Source: Octopus sinensis
Lineage: Eukaryota
Reading direction: 5' to 3'
Assembly: GCF_006345805.1 (NCBI RefSeq)
Contig: NC_043001.1
Span: forward strand, 39,060,001-39,124,000
DNA: 64,000 bases
The translations under genes were made by a program, and so were the position numbers. Position 1 is the stretch's first letter, and each line of letters opens with the position of its first letter. Below, one piece after another: positions 1 to 12,092 of the stretch. The notes beneath the pieces were generated by a model, which was given only the letters and a program-made list of their open reading frames with translations, was not told the origin of the DNA and ran no database searches.

Positions 1-230
1 ACAGCTGCATGCCCATCTGCGATGTTTTTCTCAGTTCTGCTTGTTGCAGGTGTCCCAGAACATTCATCATTATCGACATTTTTTTGGCCATCTTGGATAC
101 GTCTGAACCACTTGTATACTTGTGTGCGGATCATACACTCCTTTCCATACACTTTCTGCAGCTTTGCATAGGCTTCTGAGTAGGTATCGCCATGGCATCT
201 TTCTCTGTTATGGTCAATGTGACGATCACA
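1..230 (-). mobile_element. Mariner transposase N-terminal (HTH) fragment, decayed
   Basis: Minus strand reads GDTYSEAYAKLQKVYGKECMIRTQVYKWFRRIQDGQKNVDNDECSGTP, matching the mariner WFRRF..G...D..RSGRP HTH region; runs off the window edge. Confidence 0.75.
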
Positions 231-399
231 CATTACTTTGAAGCACTGCTGTAAACAGCAGACGTAAGCTAGAATGTTAAAACTTAGTGTAAATGCACAA
301 CAGAGGACAAGGTCAGTCTGTGCCAAGCACTTCACTCTGCGTGCTTTAGCTTTGTTACTATGGTAAAAGTCCGGATACTTATTGATCAGACCTCATATG

Positions 400-3270
400 T
401 TGTGTCCAAGAGGTACAATGAAGGGAGCCTTAGCTAGACTGCTTACAGGCAAAGGGGCACAGATACAAATTTTTCTGAGAGGGCAACAAAGACAGACTAA
501 GTAGTATGGGTATTCTATTAGCAGAGGAATGAAGTATAAGGTGACTGAAGTAGTGTGATAGGATTAAGGATTATTAAGCTAAGAATAACCTTGGTTGATG
601 TAATTGTGTCAGTGATCTCTGCATATGTTCCACATCAAACTCACATACTCAGAAAGGCCACATCTGCAGACTACCTTGACAATGAAAGATGATAACATTC
701 ACATCATTGTATGAGTCTTCAATTGACATGTTGGACAGCACTCCAATGAATTTCATGGTGAGCATGGAAGCTGTGGTTTTAGTTCCAGAACTGAGGAGGG
801 GACAAGGTTACTGATGTTTTGTGATGCTCATGGCTTACCAGTCTGCAACACCAAGTTCAGAAAACCTGCCAATCATAAGATCACTGATCTAAAGATCCAG
901 AGATGCAAGCCAATATAGAAAAGGATGTTGTAGAATCTCAAGGATCTTCCAAAAGGACAGAGATTTAGATATCCTTAATGAAGCCTTTGATGAGAAGGGG
1001 GAAGAGATAGAGACATATAACATACAAGACAACTAGAAGTTCCTACGAGACAATCTACTAAGAGCAACAGACCAAATCTGTGGTTGGAGCAAAGCCTCTG
1101 CCAGGCCAAGGTGATGTGGTGGTGGACAGTAATGTTGACAGGACCATAAAAGAGAAGAGATAGGTCTATGAAGAATGGGATAAAAGGGTGGGGGTAGCAA
1201 TTACTCATATTAGAAAGCTAAAAGGGAAGCTAGACATCAGGTTTATCTAGCTATAGTATAAGCAGAAAAGAAGAGATTTGCCAATGTACTACAATGGGAA
1301 GATAAGAGATTTGAAGTGCTCCAAATTACCAAACAGAGTGTCAGTGAGAATCAAGATATTGTGCAAGTGTGTGCAGATGGATAATGGTATGCTTACATTT
1401 AATGATGTAGACAAGAAAGAGGTGTGGAAAAGTTACTATGCAAAACTGTTGAATGTAGAGAATGGATGTGATAAAGGGAGTCTCCCTCAAGTGAAACCAA
1501 CAGAGGGACCAGCTGTCCTAGTGGTCAGCAGTATGGTAGACAAGGCAATTAAAAGCTAAGATGCTCAAAATATCTGGTAAGATAGGATACAGGATAGTCA
1601 CCTGCATAGTTAACTAGGTCATTCAGGAAGATGTAAATTCTAGTGTTTGGGGTAGCAGCATTATTGTTAGCTGCTACAACAGTAAGGGGGATGCTTTAGA
1701 CAGAAGTAATTAATTATCAAACTCCTGGACCAGGTGATGAAAATTAGAGAGTTATAGCTCAATTAATTAGGAGCATGATTAAGGTTAGATGAAATGCAGC
1801 TCAGTTTCATCTGACGGAGAAGCACCGTGACACTATTTTCATAGTGAAGCAACTGTAAGAGAAGTATTTAACTAAGAATAAACCATTATACTTGGCATTT
1901 GTTGATCTAGAGAAAGCCTTTGATAAAGCACCTCATTGTGTGATATGGTGTGCTCTGAGGAGACTAGGGATAGACAAGTGGCTGGTGAAAGTTGTACAGA
2001 CTATGTACAGAAACGCTGTCAATAAGGTGAGAGTTAACCATGAGTCCAGCAAAAAATTCATCAAGGCTCAGTCCTTAGTCTCCACCTTTTCACTGTTGTC
2101 TTCCAGGCCATAACAGAGAAATTCAAGACCAGCAGCCCTTGGGACTACTATATACTGATGATCTTACCCACATATCAGACTTCACATTAGAGCTAGAAGA
2201 GAAATTCCAGTTGTAGAAGCAAAATCTGGAATCTAAGAGCCTTAAGATTAACTTAGTGAAGACTAGAGCCTCAGTAAGCAAGAAAACAGACGGGACACTC
2301 CCTGCTTCAAGTAGGTGTCCCTGTTTGATTTCTGAGAAAAGTGTAGGTAAGAACTCTATATGGTGTACCCGGTATAAGCTATGGACACACAAGAGGTGCA
2401 GTGGATTAATAGGAAGTTTATCAGAGAAGGTAATATTCATACACTGAAAATGCTATAGAGACTTAGGAAATTGATTCTCTCAAAAGTCCTGGTGGCTCAT
2501 TAGAGATAGTAGGACCAGGACCAAATTAGGAGTGGAGGAGGATGCACGGAGAGTGTAATATCTAGAATAAGAATAGGGTGGAGGAAATTCAGAGAGCTGT
2601 TACATTTGTTAGCTATGAAAGGCTTTTCTCTTCAAGTGAAAGGAAGATTGTATGACACATGTACACAGACATTCTACATGCTAGTGAGATGTAGGCCCTG
2701 AATGCAGAGGACATGCAAAGGTTAGAGAGGAATGAGGCTGGAATGCTCTGTTGGATGTGTAATACAAGCATACATATTCGACAGAGTGCTAGTGTACTGA
2801 GACAGAAGTTAAGCATAAGAGGAATTAGATGCTCTGTGCAAGGAAGAAGACTGCATTAGTTTGGTCATGTAATGAAGAATGATGCTGACACTCCATAAAG
2901 AAGTGCCAGTCTCCCTAAGTAGACAGAAGACATCAGAATGGGACACCCAGGAAGACATGGGTACTAAAGACCACCTCAGAATGCTAAACCTTTTGGGTAA
3001 GATGACAAAGGACTGAAATGCTTGGTGCCTTGGTGTACTGAAGAAGACCCATGCTCCACAATAGAATTGTTAATACTGGTCCCTCTGGTGAAGAGAATTG
3101 GCCTGCAAGAGTCCTGTGCCAGTGCCATGTAAAATTACCCAGGACACTCTGTTGTTGGCACTAGAAAGGCCATCCAGCCATAGAAACCATGCCAAATTAG
3201 ACTAGAGCCTGGTGAAACTCTCCAGCTTGCCAGCTCTGGTCAAACTGTCCAACCTATGCCAGCATGAGTC
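400..3270 (+). mobile_element. RTE-clade LINE, heavily decayed (EN-RT-3' end)
   Basis: Fragmented ORFs: LAFVDLEKAFD (1892), PWDYYILMIL (decayed WELLYADDL), SIWCTRYKLWTHKRCSG; 3' terminal block at about 3100-3270; many stops and frameshifts. Confidence 0.85.
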
Positions 3271-3479
3271 TTTTTGAAGTGAACTTAGTAGAGACTCAGT
3301 ATCTGAACTGAGAGCTGTAAGTCAGATACAGGAATAAAGGCTATAAAGACAAGGAAATCCCCTGGTTAATCAGGAATTACCACAATCATCTTCATCATTA
3401 TCACCGTTTAATGTCCATTTACAATGCTGGAATGAGTCAGATGTGTCTTTTACATGGCACTCGGTATGGTTAATCAGGT

Positions 3480-5455
3480 TGTCCACAAAAGTATCATGCC
3501 CTACAACTGCTACAAATGTAAAGGAAAGGGCTTAGACAGAAGTAATTAGAGGCATGATATTCCTGGAGCAGGTCATGAAAGTTACAGAAAACTGTCATAA
3601 TTCAGCTAATTCAGAAGATAGTTAACAAAGATGAGATACAATTCGTTTTTGTCCCAGGGCAACAACTGCTGATGCTATCTTCTAAGTAAAGTAGCTGCAG
3701 AAATATTTAGTCAAATATAAACCACTGTACATAGGATATGTTGACATGGAAAGAACATTTGACAGGGCCCGTCGTGCTCTCATTGGGTGGTCAGTATGGA
3801 AGTCAGCAATGAATATAGCAATAAATTTAGTGGGTAGGTAGGAGTTCACTAGGGGTTGATTCTTAGTCCCCACTTCTTCATCATAGTCCTTCAAGCAACA
3901 ACAGAGGAGTTTAAGACTGGTTGCATGTGGGAAGCTCCTGTATCCTGACGACCTTGTTCTTATGGCTGGATTTACAGTAGCATTAAAAAAGTATTATCAG
4001 GTGTGGAAGCAATGCTTGGAATCATAAGGCCTTAAAGTTAACTAAGCATAGCCCAAAGACTTGGTATGCAGGAAAGCAAATACGTTAATAATCTCGACAG
4101 GGAAATAGCCCTGCTTGATATGTAGAAAAAGTGTAGATAGAAATTCCATACATTGTAGCCATTACAAGCTATAGACATAAAAGGTATAGTCAAATCACAG
4201 AAAAGTTACAAGAGAGAGTACTCACTGTGTTTGGCAGATGTGCAGATACAATAAATACTAAGAACACACAGGAAATAGATTTCCTCAAATGTTCAGGAGT
4301 ACTCTTAGAGGTAGTAGATAATTTTTGTTACCTAGGTGACCTAATTAGTAGTGAAAGAGGATACCCTGAAAGCATAGTAGCTAGAATAATAACTGAGGAA
4401 AGTTCAGAAGGCTATTCTCTTGATTGTTAACAAGGGCCTCTTCCTCAGAGTGAAAGACAGATTGCACAAATGGCTATACAACACAGTAGTGAAAAAAGGG
4501 CTGTGAATGCAGAGGACATGTGAAGGTTCGAAGGAATGAAGCCAGCATGCGCAGATGGATGTGCAATGTTGGTATAAATAAACAACAAAGCAGAAATGTG
4601 ATGAGAGAAAAATTCAGTATAAGAGGTATCAGGTGTAGTGTGCAAAAAGGAGACTGCTCTGGTACGGCTACACAAATGCATATGTGTAAGGACAGTAGCA
4701 TAAAGAAGTGCCAGTTGCTACATGTGGATAAAACATGTGGAAGAGGAAAGCCTAGGAAGAGGTGGAACGAACTGGTAAAAAGTGACTTTCAGAAGTTGAG
4801 CCCCACAGAAGAGATGGCTGGCTATTTACCATCTTCCTAAAACGCATTCTCTTCACCCATGTTCACCTCTCACTGCATTCTCTTCCTCTTTTTCTCCCAC
4901 TTACCTTTTGCACTGTCATGAACTTATATGCACACAATCTATCCCTGATGAATACCTCTCTTCTCCACAACACATCCCTCCCTCCACCTGTATTCACTCT
5001 TCTTTTGCACTCTCATGAACTTAACTGCCTACTCATCCTCTCCAATCTAATTACCACCTACTTATAACCTGATGGTACTCCAACACATCTTCACCACCTT
5101 TGCTTCTCTCTTTCCTATTTCACCTGGAGTAGCCATGTATCTCCTCTACAGCAAGACACTTATTTCTGTCCCTCTATTCATACTCTAACCTTTCATCATC
5201 TGGCACAAAGCCACCTCCCTCAATACTACTCCCCACTCATTTAAGGAGTTATGTCCTGCAAGTTATTTGGTGACCTCACTGCTGTTGTTGCCACATAAAG
5301 AGCACCTGGTACAGTAAAGTGATTGACATTAGGAAGAGCATCCAGCCATAGAACCATATCAAAACATACAGTAGGGCTTGCAGCTCTTATTAAACCATCC
5401 ACACCATACCAGCATGGAAAATGGACATTAAATGATATTGATGATGATGATGATG
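3480..5455 (+). mobile_element. RTE-clade LINE, decayed 3' half with CT-rich 3' UTR and (GAT)n tail
   Basis: VVDNFCYLGDLIS (4227 ORF) and RNEASMRRWMCNV...TCGRGKPRKRW (4520 ORF); terminal cattaggaagagcatccagcc...gatgatgat at about 5325-5455. Confidence 0.85.
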
Positions 5456-5598
5456 TATACATATACACATCTATGTATCTGAGTTGTGTCATCTTTGTAT
5501 TTCCTTCTCACTCCTTTACAACCAGCATAGATTTATTTGTAACCTGATGGGACTCCAACACATCTTCACTACCTTCTCTTCTCTCTCCTATTCCACGT

Positions 5599-5843
5599 GG
5601 GCATCTAGTGTAGTGGTTAAGAGTAAACTACTAACCCCAAAATTCCAAGTTCAATTCCAGGTAGTGTCTTGAATAAATAATAATAATAACAATAATAACA
5701 TCAACAAAAATACCTTAGGAATGAGAACCCAGGGTTGGGTTCAAAATTCCACCAGGACACCTGATGAGGGTTGGGGAGTAAATCAGCCGAAACGTGGTAA
5801 CAAACAAGATGAGAATACATATCTGTACAATGTAAATAATGTA
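5599..5843 (+). mobile_element. tRNA-headed SINE-like element with hammerhead-like 3' motif
   Basis: A-box-like TAGTGTAGTGG (5606-5616), B-box-like AGTTCAATTCC (5648-5658), (AAT)n linker, then CTGATGA-g-GGTTG..CAGCC-GAAAC at 5761-5793. Confidence 0.6.
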
Positions 5844-5882
5844 GAGAATAAAATCACACAATAAATAGAAAAAAATACTTAC

Positions 5883-6185
5883 CAAATACTGTAATATTGA
5901 ACATGCTTGTATGGAGACCAGAACTGCAAATAATGCTCATGTTGTCTTCATCTAAACTAATGCTGGTTATACTCAATGTGCAGATTTTCTCTTGGCAACT
6001 AGTTTCTTGATGGCTACCAAAATATCTATAATTTTCGCTGATTACTCCAGTGTATTTAGCAATAATTGTTCCATTTCCAATATACCAACTTCTTCTACCA
6101 CCCTCAACATTGCATTTCAATGTGAATTTTTTATCCTTTATGGCATTTGGTGTTTCAAAACTTGGGTAAAGATTCCCATTGTCAT
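5883..6185 (-). CDS. Internal exon encoding an immunoglobulin-like extracellular domain (host IgSF gene, identity unknown)
   Basis: 303-nt open exon between a pyrimidine-rich acceptor (tttgtcttttag) and a consensus donor (G|gtaagta), phase 1-1. Translation DNGNLYPSFETPNAIKDKKFTLKCNVEGGRRSWYIG...CTLSITSISLDEDNMSIICSSGLHTSMFNITVF has the Ig B-strand Cys, C-strand Trp, LxI..D...C motif and N-glycosylation sequons NGT, NMS, NIT. Confidence 0.8.
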
Positions 6186-6472
6186 CTAAAAGACAAATTA
6201 TTACAAAATAAATCAAACATTATTCACCAAATGGCAGAACCTTTTTAATATAATAAAACAAGGTTATTTGACTGTAGTCCATGTATAAAAAGAAAAACAA
6301 AGAAAAAACAATAATATGGTACAAATATAACATGTAAAGAAAAGATTTCTTTTATTCTGCAGAATACAAAACAAAATCAGCTAAAACACATTGGAAGATA
6401 TTTTATGGTGTAACAGGTTAAGAAGAAAGGTTGTGAACAAGTATCACAGTAAAATAGCAAGTGACAACACAA

Positions 6473-6830
6473 TCATCATCATCATCGTTTAATGTCTGTT
6501 TTCCATGCTGGCATGAGTTGGACAGTTTGACTGAGGACTGGCAAGCCAGTAGGCTGTACCAGGCACCAATCTGATCTAGCAAGGTTTCTTCATCTGGATG
6601 CCCTTCCTAATGCTAACCACTCCAAGAGTGTAGTGGGTGCTTTTTATGTGCCACCAGCATGGGAATCAGTCAGATATCACTGGCATCGATCACGATTTGG
6701 ATGGTGCTTTTTACGTACCACCGGCATGGAAGCCAGTTGGGGGCACTGGCCTCAAGCATGTTTGGATGGTGCTTTTTACATACGATCAGCGCGGGACTCA
6801 GTTGGGGAGCATTTCTGGTTAATGCTTTTC
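6473..6830 (-). mobile_element. RTE 3' UTR/terminus fragment
   Basis: (CAT)n tail, ttttccatgctggcatg...ggatgcccttcctaatgc block and repeated ggtgctttttacgt motifs, as in longer copies. Confidence 0.85.
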
Positions 6831-6944
6831 ATGATAACTCGGAGGTTTAGTAGTGTATTAATAAATGGAAAAACATCCCTCACAAGAACATAATGTTCTT
6901 GTGAATGGAAACTGGAAGAAACCCATCATATATGTATGTGTGTG

Positions 6945-7140
6945 TGTGTGTGTCTTGTGTGTTTGTGTGTGTGTGCGTGTGTGTGTTTGTGTGTCTGTGT
7001 TTGTCCCCCAACATCGCTTTACAACCGATGCTGGTGTGTTTACATCCCTGTAACTTAGCGGTTCACCAAAAAATACCGATATGATAAGTACTAGGCTTGT
7101 AAAGAATAAGCCCTAGGGTTGATTTGCTGGATGATTTGCG
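6945..7140 (+). mobile_element. SINE 3' half (family of the 52004 copy)
   Basis: (TG)n then catcgctttacaaccgatgctggtgtgtttacatccctgtaacttagcggtt...aagtactaggctt, matching 52200-52340. Confidence 0.8.
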
Positions 7141-7156
7141 TTCTTGCCCCATTTTG

Positions 7157-7204
<48 letters not shown>

Positions 7205-7664
7205 TATATATACAAAATATATATATTTTGGGGCATATAAGACACACCCCAATTTTAGTAGGCCTAATCTACAAGAAAGAAATTACAGCTAACAAAAACT
7301 AAATATCTCATACATTCATATATAGGAATCACAAAAATTTGGACTGACATCTTTTGGCAGGATAAGTTACGATAATTATCCTAACACTACCAAATATCAC
7401 CACTGACCTGCACTGCTGTCAGTATTGTCCATCATTAATAATACTAACCAATTCTACCTAAAGCCTGATCTTCAGCTTATAAGGACAGGGCAATTTTTGA
7501 GGGAATTTTTAAACAAAATGTGCGTTTTATATGCCAGAAAATATGGTATATATAAATACACGCACATACACATGCCTATCAACGATAAAGTTATATACAT
7601 AATTTGCTTATATCTTTTAAGATAAAAAACATTTTGAGAATATAATAACTTTATGCAGTCATAT

Positions 7665-8200
7665 GTGGGATGAGTCCAGTTGTCAACCGAGTCTATCATA
7701 AATACTGCCCCGCCACCTTCCTTCAGCTGGGACGGTGGCTATGGTGAAAGAGTGTGTATGGTGGACTCATTTGAAAAGTTTAGAGACAAATACTTTTCTC
7801 TCTGGCCAACCTATCATCAACTTTTTTAAGTATTACTTGAAAAAGAAGATGAGAGTAGAGAGGGAAGTTTTTACTAATGAGAAGTTTAATAAAAGGTGGG
7901 TGAATGTAGCAAAGATGGTATGCATGAATGATGAACCCACTTTGAGCATGAACCTATAAAACTAAAAAGGAAAGGGTGTTTTGCTCTCATGTTTATTTTT
8001 CTGAGGTTACAGTGTTCTTTTCATAGGCTTTTCTTTCCATGGATAACCCTAGTCAGTGTTATATTTTCTCCCCCTTTTGCAAATTTCTATTGCTAAAACG
8101 TTACCTTGTCATCTCTTTCTGTATATGTCTTAAAACATTTTCAATCCCTATTGATCGATTTTGAAAAGAAAAATTCTACATCGTATAGTCCCCACTGTGT
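7665..8200 (+). mobile_element. L1/Tx1-like LINE ORF2 C-terminus and 3' UTR
   Basis: QLSTESIINTAPPPSFSW...KECVWWTHLK...INFFKYYLKKKMRVEREV...FNKRW resembles Tx1/L1 C-termini; family assigned by recognition only. Confidence 0.5.
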
Positions 8201-8214
8201 TTAGCCCTGCATGG

Positions 8215-8500
8215 CCTAATAAAGAAATCTATCTTTGCTTTCAATCATTAGATTATGGCCATGCTGGGGCACCACATTGAAGAATTTCAGTTGAATGAAT
8301 TGATCTCAGTATCTATTGCTTTTAAGTCTGGTACTTACTCTATCAGTTACTTTGCTGAACTGCTAAGTTATAGGGTCATACACGCACCAACATTAGTTTT
8401 CAAGTGGAGGTGGTGAACAAACACAGACACACATACATATATATGTGATGGGTTTCTTTCAATTTCTGTCTACCAGATCCACTCACAATGCTTTGGTTGA
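8215..8500 (-). mobile_element. SINE, diverged copy
   Basis: Reverse complement of SINE body: ggccatgctggggcacc, gtacttactctatc...gctaagtta, tctaccagatccactcacaatgctttgg. Confidence 0.7.
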
Positions 8501-8549
8501 TGAGACAATACTAGAAGGTGCCACAAAGTGGGACTGAACCTGGAACCAT

Positions 8550-8670
8550 ACAAAATCAGACTGGAGTCTGGTGCAATGCCTCAGCTTACCAGCTCTGGTC
8601 AAACTGTCCAACCCATGCCAGCATGAACAGCAGATGCTAAATGAAGATAATGATGATGATGATATATATA
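8550..8670 (+). mobile_element. RTE 3' terminus (short), tail-to-tail with the next copy
   Basis: cagactggagtctggtgca...aactgtccaacccatgccagcatg...gatgatgat. Confidence 0.75.
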
Positions 8671-8707
8671 TGCATGTGATGTGTTTATATATATTTAGAG
8701 ACACCAT

Positions 8708-11700
8708 CATCATTATCATCATCATTTAACGTCCACTTTCCATGCTAGCATGGGTTGGACGATTTGACTGAGGTCTGGCGAACCAGACTCCAATCTGATC
8801 TGGCAGAGTTTCTATAGCTGGATGCCCTTCCAAACGCCAACCACTCTGAGAGTGTAGTGGGTGCCTTTATGTGCCACCGGCATGAGGGCCAGTTTGGTGG
8901 TACTGGCAACGGCCATGCCCAAATGGTGCTTTTTACGTGCCACCTGCTCAGGCGCCATTCCAGCGACACTGGTGACGAACTGGCTCAAATATTTCACATG
9001 CCACCAGTACATATGCTAGTAAGGCGACGCGGTAATGATCACACTTGAATGGTGTGTTTAACGGGCCATCAGCATGAAGGCCAGCTTGTTGCTCTGGCAA
9101 CGATCTCACTCGTATGGTACTCTTAGCACTCCACTAGCAACAGATGCCAGTCACCGAATTTGATTTCGACTTCGATTTCACTTGCCTCAACTAGTCTTCG
9201 CAAGCAGAGTTTAGTGTCCAATGAAGGAAAGGCATGCATAAGTGGACTGGTTACACCCCTGGCATAGGCCACAAGTTTATGGTCACACTTGCACTTACCG
9301 AGTCTTCTGCAGCGCAGCATATTTCCAGAGGTCCCCGTCACTAGTCATTGCCTCGGTGAGGCCCAATGTTTGAAGGTCATGCTTCACCACTTCTTCCCAG
9401 GTCTCCCTGAGTCTACCTCTTCCACGGGTTCCCTCAACTGCTAGGGTGTGGGACTTTTTCACACAGCTATCGACATCCATTCTCGCCACATGATCATACC
9501 AGCACAGTCTTCTCTCTTGCACACCACATCTGATGCTTCTTAGGACCAACCTTTCTCACAGGGCACTAACACTCTATCGAGTATGCACACTGTTCATTAC
9601 AGATCCATCGGAGTATGCTGGCTTCATTCCTTGCGAGCTTACGCATATCCTCAGCAGTCACGGCCCATGTTTCACTGCCATGTAGTATGGCTGTTCATGC
9701 ACATGCGTCGTACAGTCTGCCTTTTACTCTGAGCGAGAGGCCCTTTGTCACCAGCAGAGGTAAGAGCTCTCTGAACTTAGCCCAGGCTATTCTTATTCTA
9801 GCAGCTACACTTTCAGTGCACCCTCCCCCGCTAATGACTTTGTCACCTAGGTAACAGAAGCTATCAGCTACTTCTAGTTTTTCTCCCTGAAATGTGGCGG
9901 AAGTTGGTCTCTGCAAATTTTCAGTGTTTATTGCTCCTGAGCATCTGCCACATACAAAAACTATCTTTGCAGTTAGCCTTCCATAGATATTCTTGCACCT
10001 CTTATGTGTCCATAGTTTACACTGGGTACATCTTATAGAGTTTCTACCTATGCCATTTATACAAATCGAGCTGGGCCATCTACATGAAGGAATTTGTGGT
10101 GTGTCTGCCATCCTACTTATTAGGACTTTGGTTTTACCTAAGTTGGCTCTAATGCCCTTCAATTCAAATCCTTGTTTTCATACTTGAAACTTCTCCTCCA
10201 GTTCTGATAGTGACTCAGCAATTAGAGCAAGGTCGTCAGCATAGAGAAGCTCCCAGGGGCAACCTGTCTTGAATTCCTCCGTAATTGCCTGGAGGACTAT
10301 GATAAATAGGAGGGGGCTGAATACTGAACCCTGGTGGACCCCAACCTCTACTTTGAATTCTTCTGTGTACATGTTGCCAACCCTAACCTTACTTACGACA
10401 TCTCTGTACATGGCTTGCACAGCTCTCACTAACCATTCATCTATCCCTAGTTTCCTCATTGACCACCAGATAAGGGATCGGGGTACCCTGTCGAAGGCTT
10501 TCTCCATGTCAACGAAAGCCAGGTACAGGGGCTTATCTTTGGCTAGGTATTTCTCCTGCAGCTGTCTAACCAGAAATATAGCATCAGTGGCGCTTTTCCC
10601 TGGCACGAAACCAAACTGCATCTCTTCAAACTGACTCTTTCACTAATTAGTTGGGCTATGACCGTCTCCGTGACCTTCATTACCTGATCCAAGAGCTTGA
10701 TACCTCTGTAATTATTTGTATCTAAAGCGTCACCTTTTCCTTTGTAGCAGTTGACTATTATGCTGCTACACAAGTCATTGGATATGACTCCTTCGTGTAT
10801 CACCTGGTTAACTACATGGGTGACCAGGCTAATGCCGACACTGCCAGATATTTTGAGCATCTCTGCAGTGATTCCTGATGGGCTGGGGGCTTGCCCTGTC
10901 TTCATGCTTCTAAATGCCTTAACTACCAAGGTACTGTCAACTCGGATAGCTGGTCCCTCTGTTGGGTCAACAATAGGCAGACTCTCTTTCTCCCATTCAT
11001 TTTCTTTATTCAGCAACCTTTCATTGTGGCATCTCCAAACCTCTCTCTTTGCAGCCTCATTTAGTGCAAGTGAACCATCATCCATGTGGACACATTTCTC
11101 TCCTACAACATCATGATTCTGTCTCACACAGTCTGGCAACACAAAATACCTCAAGTCTTTGTTTCTCACGGTGCAGAACATTGGCAAATTTTTTCTTATC
11201 TGCTTCCCCTCTGGTTAAATAAACCTGTCTCTTAGCTTCTCTTTTGGCAGTCTGATATGATTCCCTGCTACCACCATTCTTCCAGTCCTTCCAAGCCTGT
11301 CTCTTTTCTCTAATAGCCCTGTCTACAACATTATTCCACCACCACATTATTTTGGGTCAAGAGGAGACTTTGCACCATCCACAGATCTGGTCAGTGGTTG
11401 TCAGCAGGTTGTCCCTTAGAAACCTCCAGTTGTCTTCTACCCCATGTGAAGCTATATCCCCTTCTACTTCGTCAAAGGCTTCAAGTAATATGTCCCTAAA
11501 TCTCTATCCATTCACAGGATCTTTAAGCTTCCAGACCCTTCTTCTCCATGTTGGTCGTCTCCTGGTTGTCCTCTTAGTCCTGATCCTAAAGTCACTAACT
11601 ACCAGTCTATGTTGTGGGGTACATTCTTCACCTGGGAAGGTTTTGGCATTTTTAAGAGAGCCATCTTTCCCTTTTCCTGGCAAGGATGCAGTCAATTTGG

Positions 11701-12045
11701 CTAGTATGTTGGCCCGATCGGTAGGTGACTAGGTGGTGGTAGGTTTCCTGAAGTTAGTGTTGCAAACCATAAGATCATTTGGATCGCAGAACTCCAGCAG
11801 CCTGGTTCCCTGCTCATTGCGGGAACCATAACCGTAGCCTCCATGTACACCATGGAAGCCCCCAGCATGTTATCCAACATGCCCATTGAAGTCACCAGCC
11901 ACAAAGAGAAGGTCTCTGTCGTTCGTCAACGAGGTAGTCTTCAGTAGGGTGTCGTAGAATCGGTCTTTCTGTCCATCGGGTAGCTCCGGCTGAGGGGCAT
12001 AGGCCAATATAATGGTTGCTAATCTATGATGAAGCACTAATCTAA
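8708..12045 (-). mobile_element. RTE-clade LINE, 5'-truncated, moderately decayed
   Basis: ORF pieces: FVAGDFNGHVG (EN), YRGIKLLDQVMK, QFGFVPGKS...LAFVDMEKAFD...WELLYADDL (10178-10621), PHD-like insert, YLGD; full 3' UTR with (CAT)n at about 8710-8725. Confidence 0.95.
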
Positions 12046-12047
12046 TC

Positions 12048-12082
<35 letters not shown>

Positions 12083-12092
12083 TATAAATAAA

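Noticed and set aside
7395-7480. Possible minus-strand exon ending at a gtcagt donor
   Set aside because: No convincing acceptor with an open frame and no recognisable peptide.
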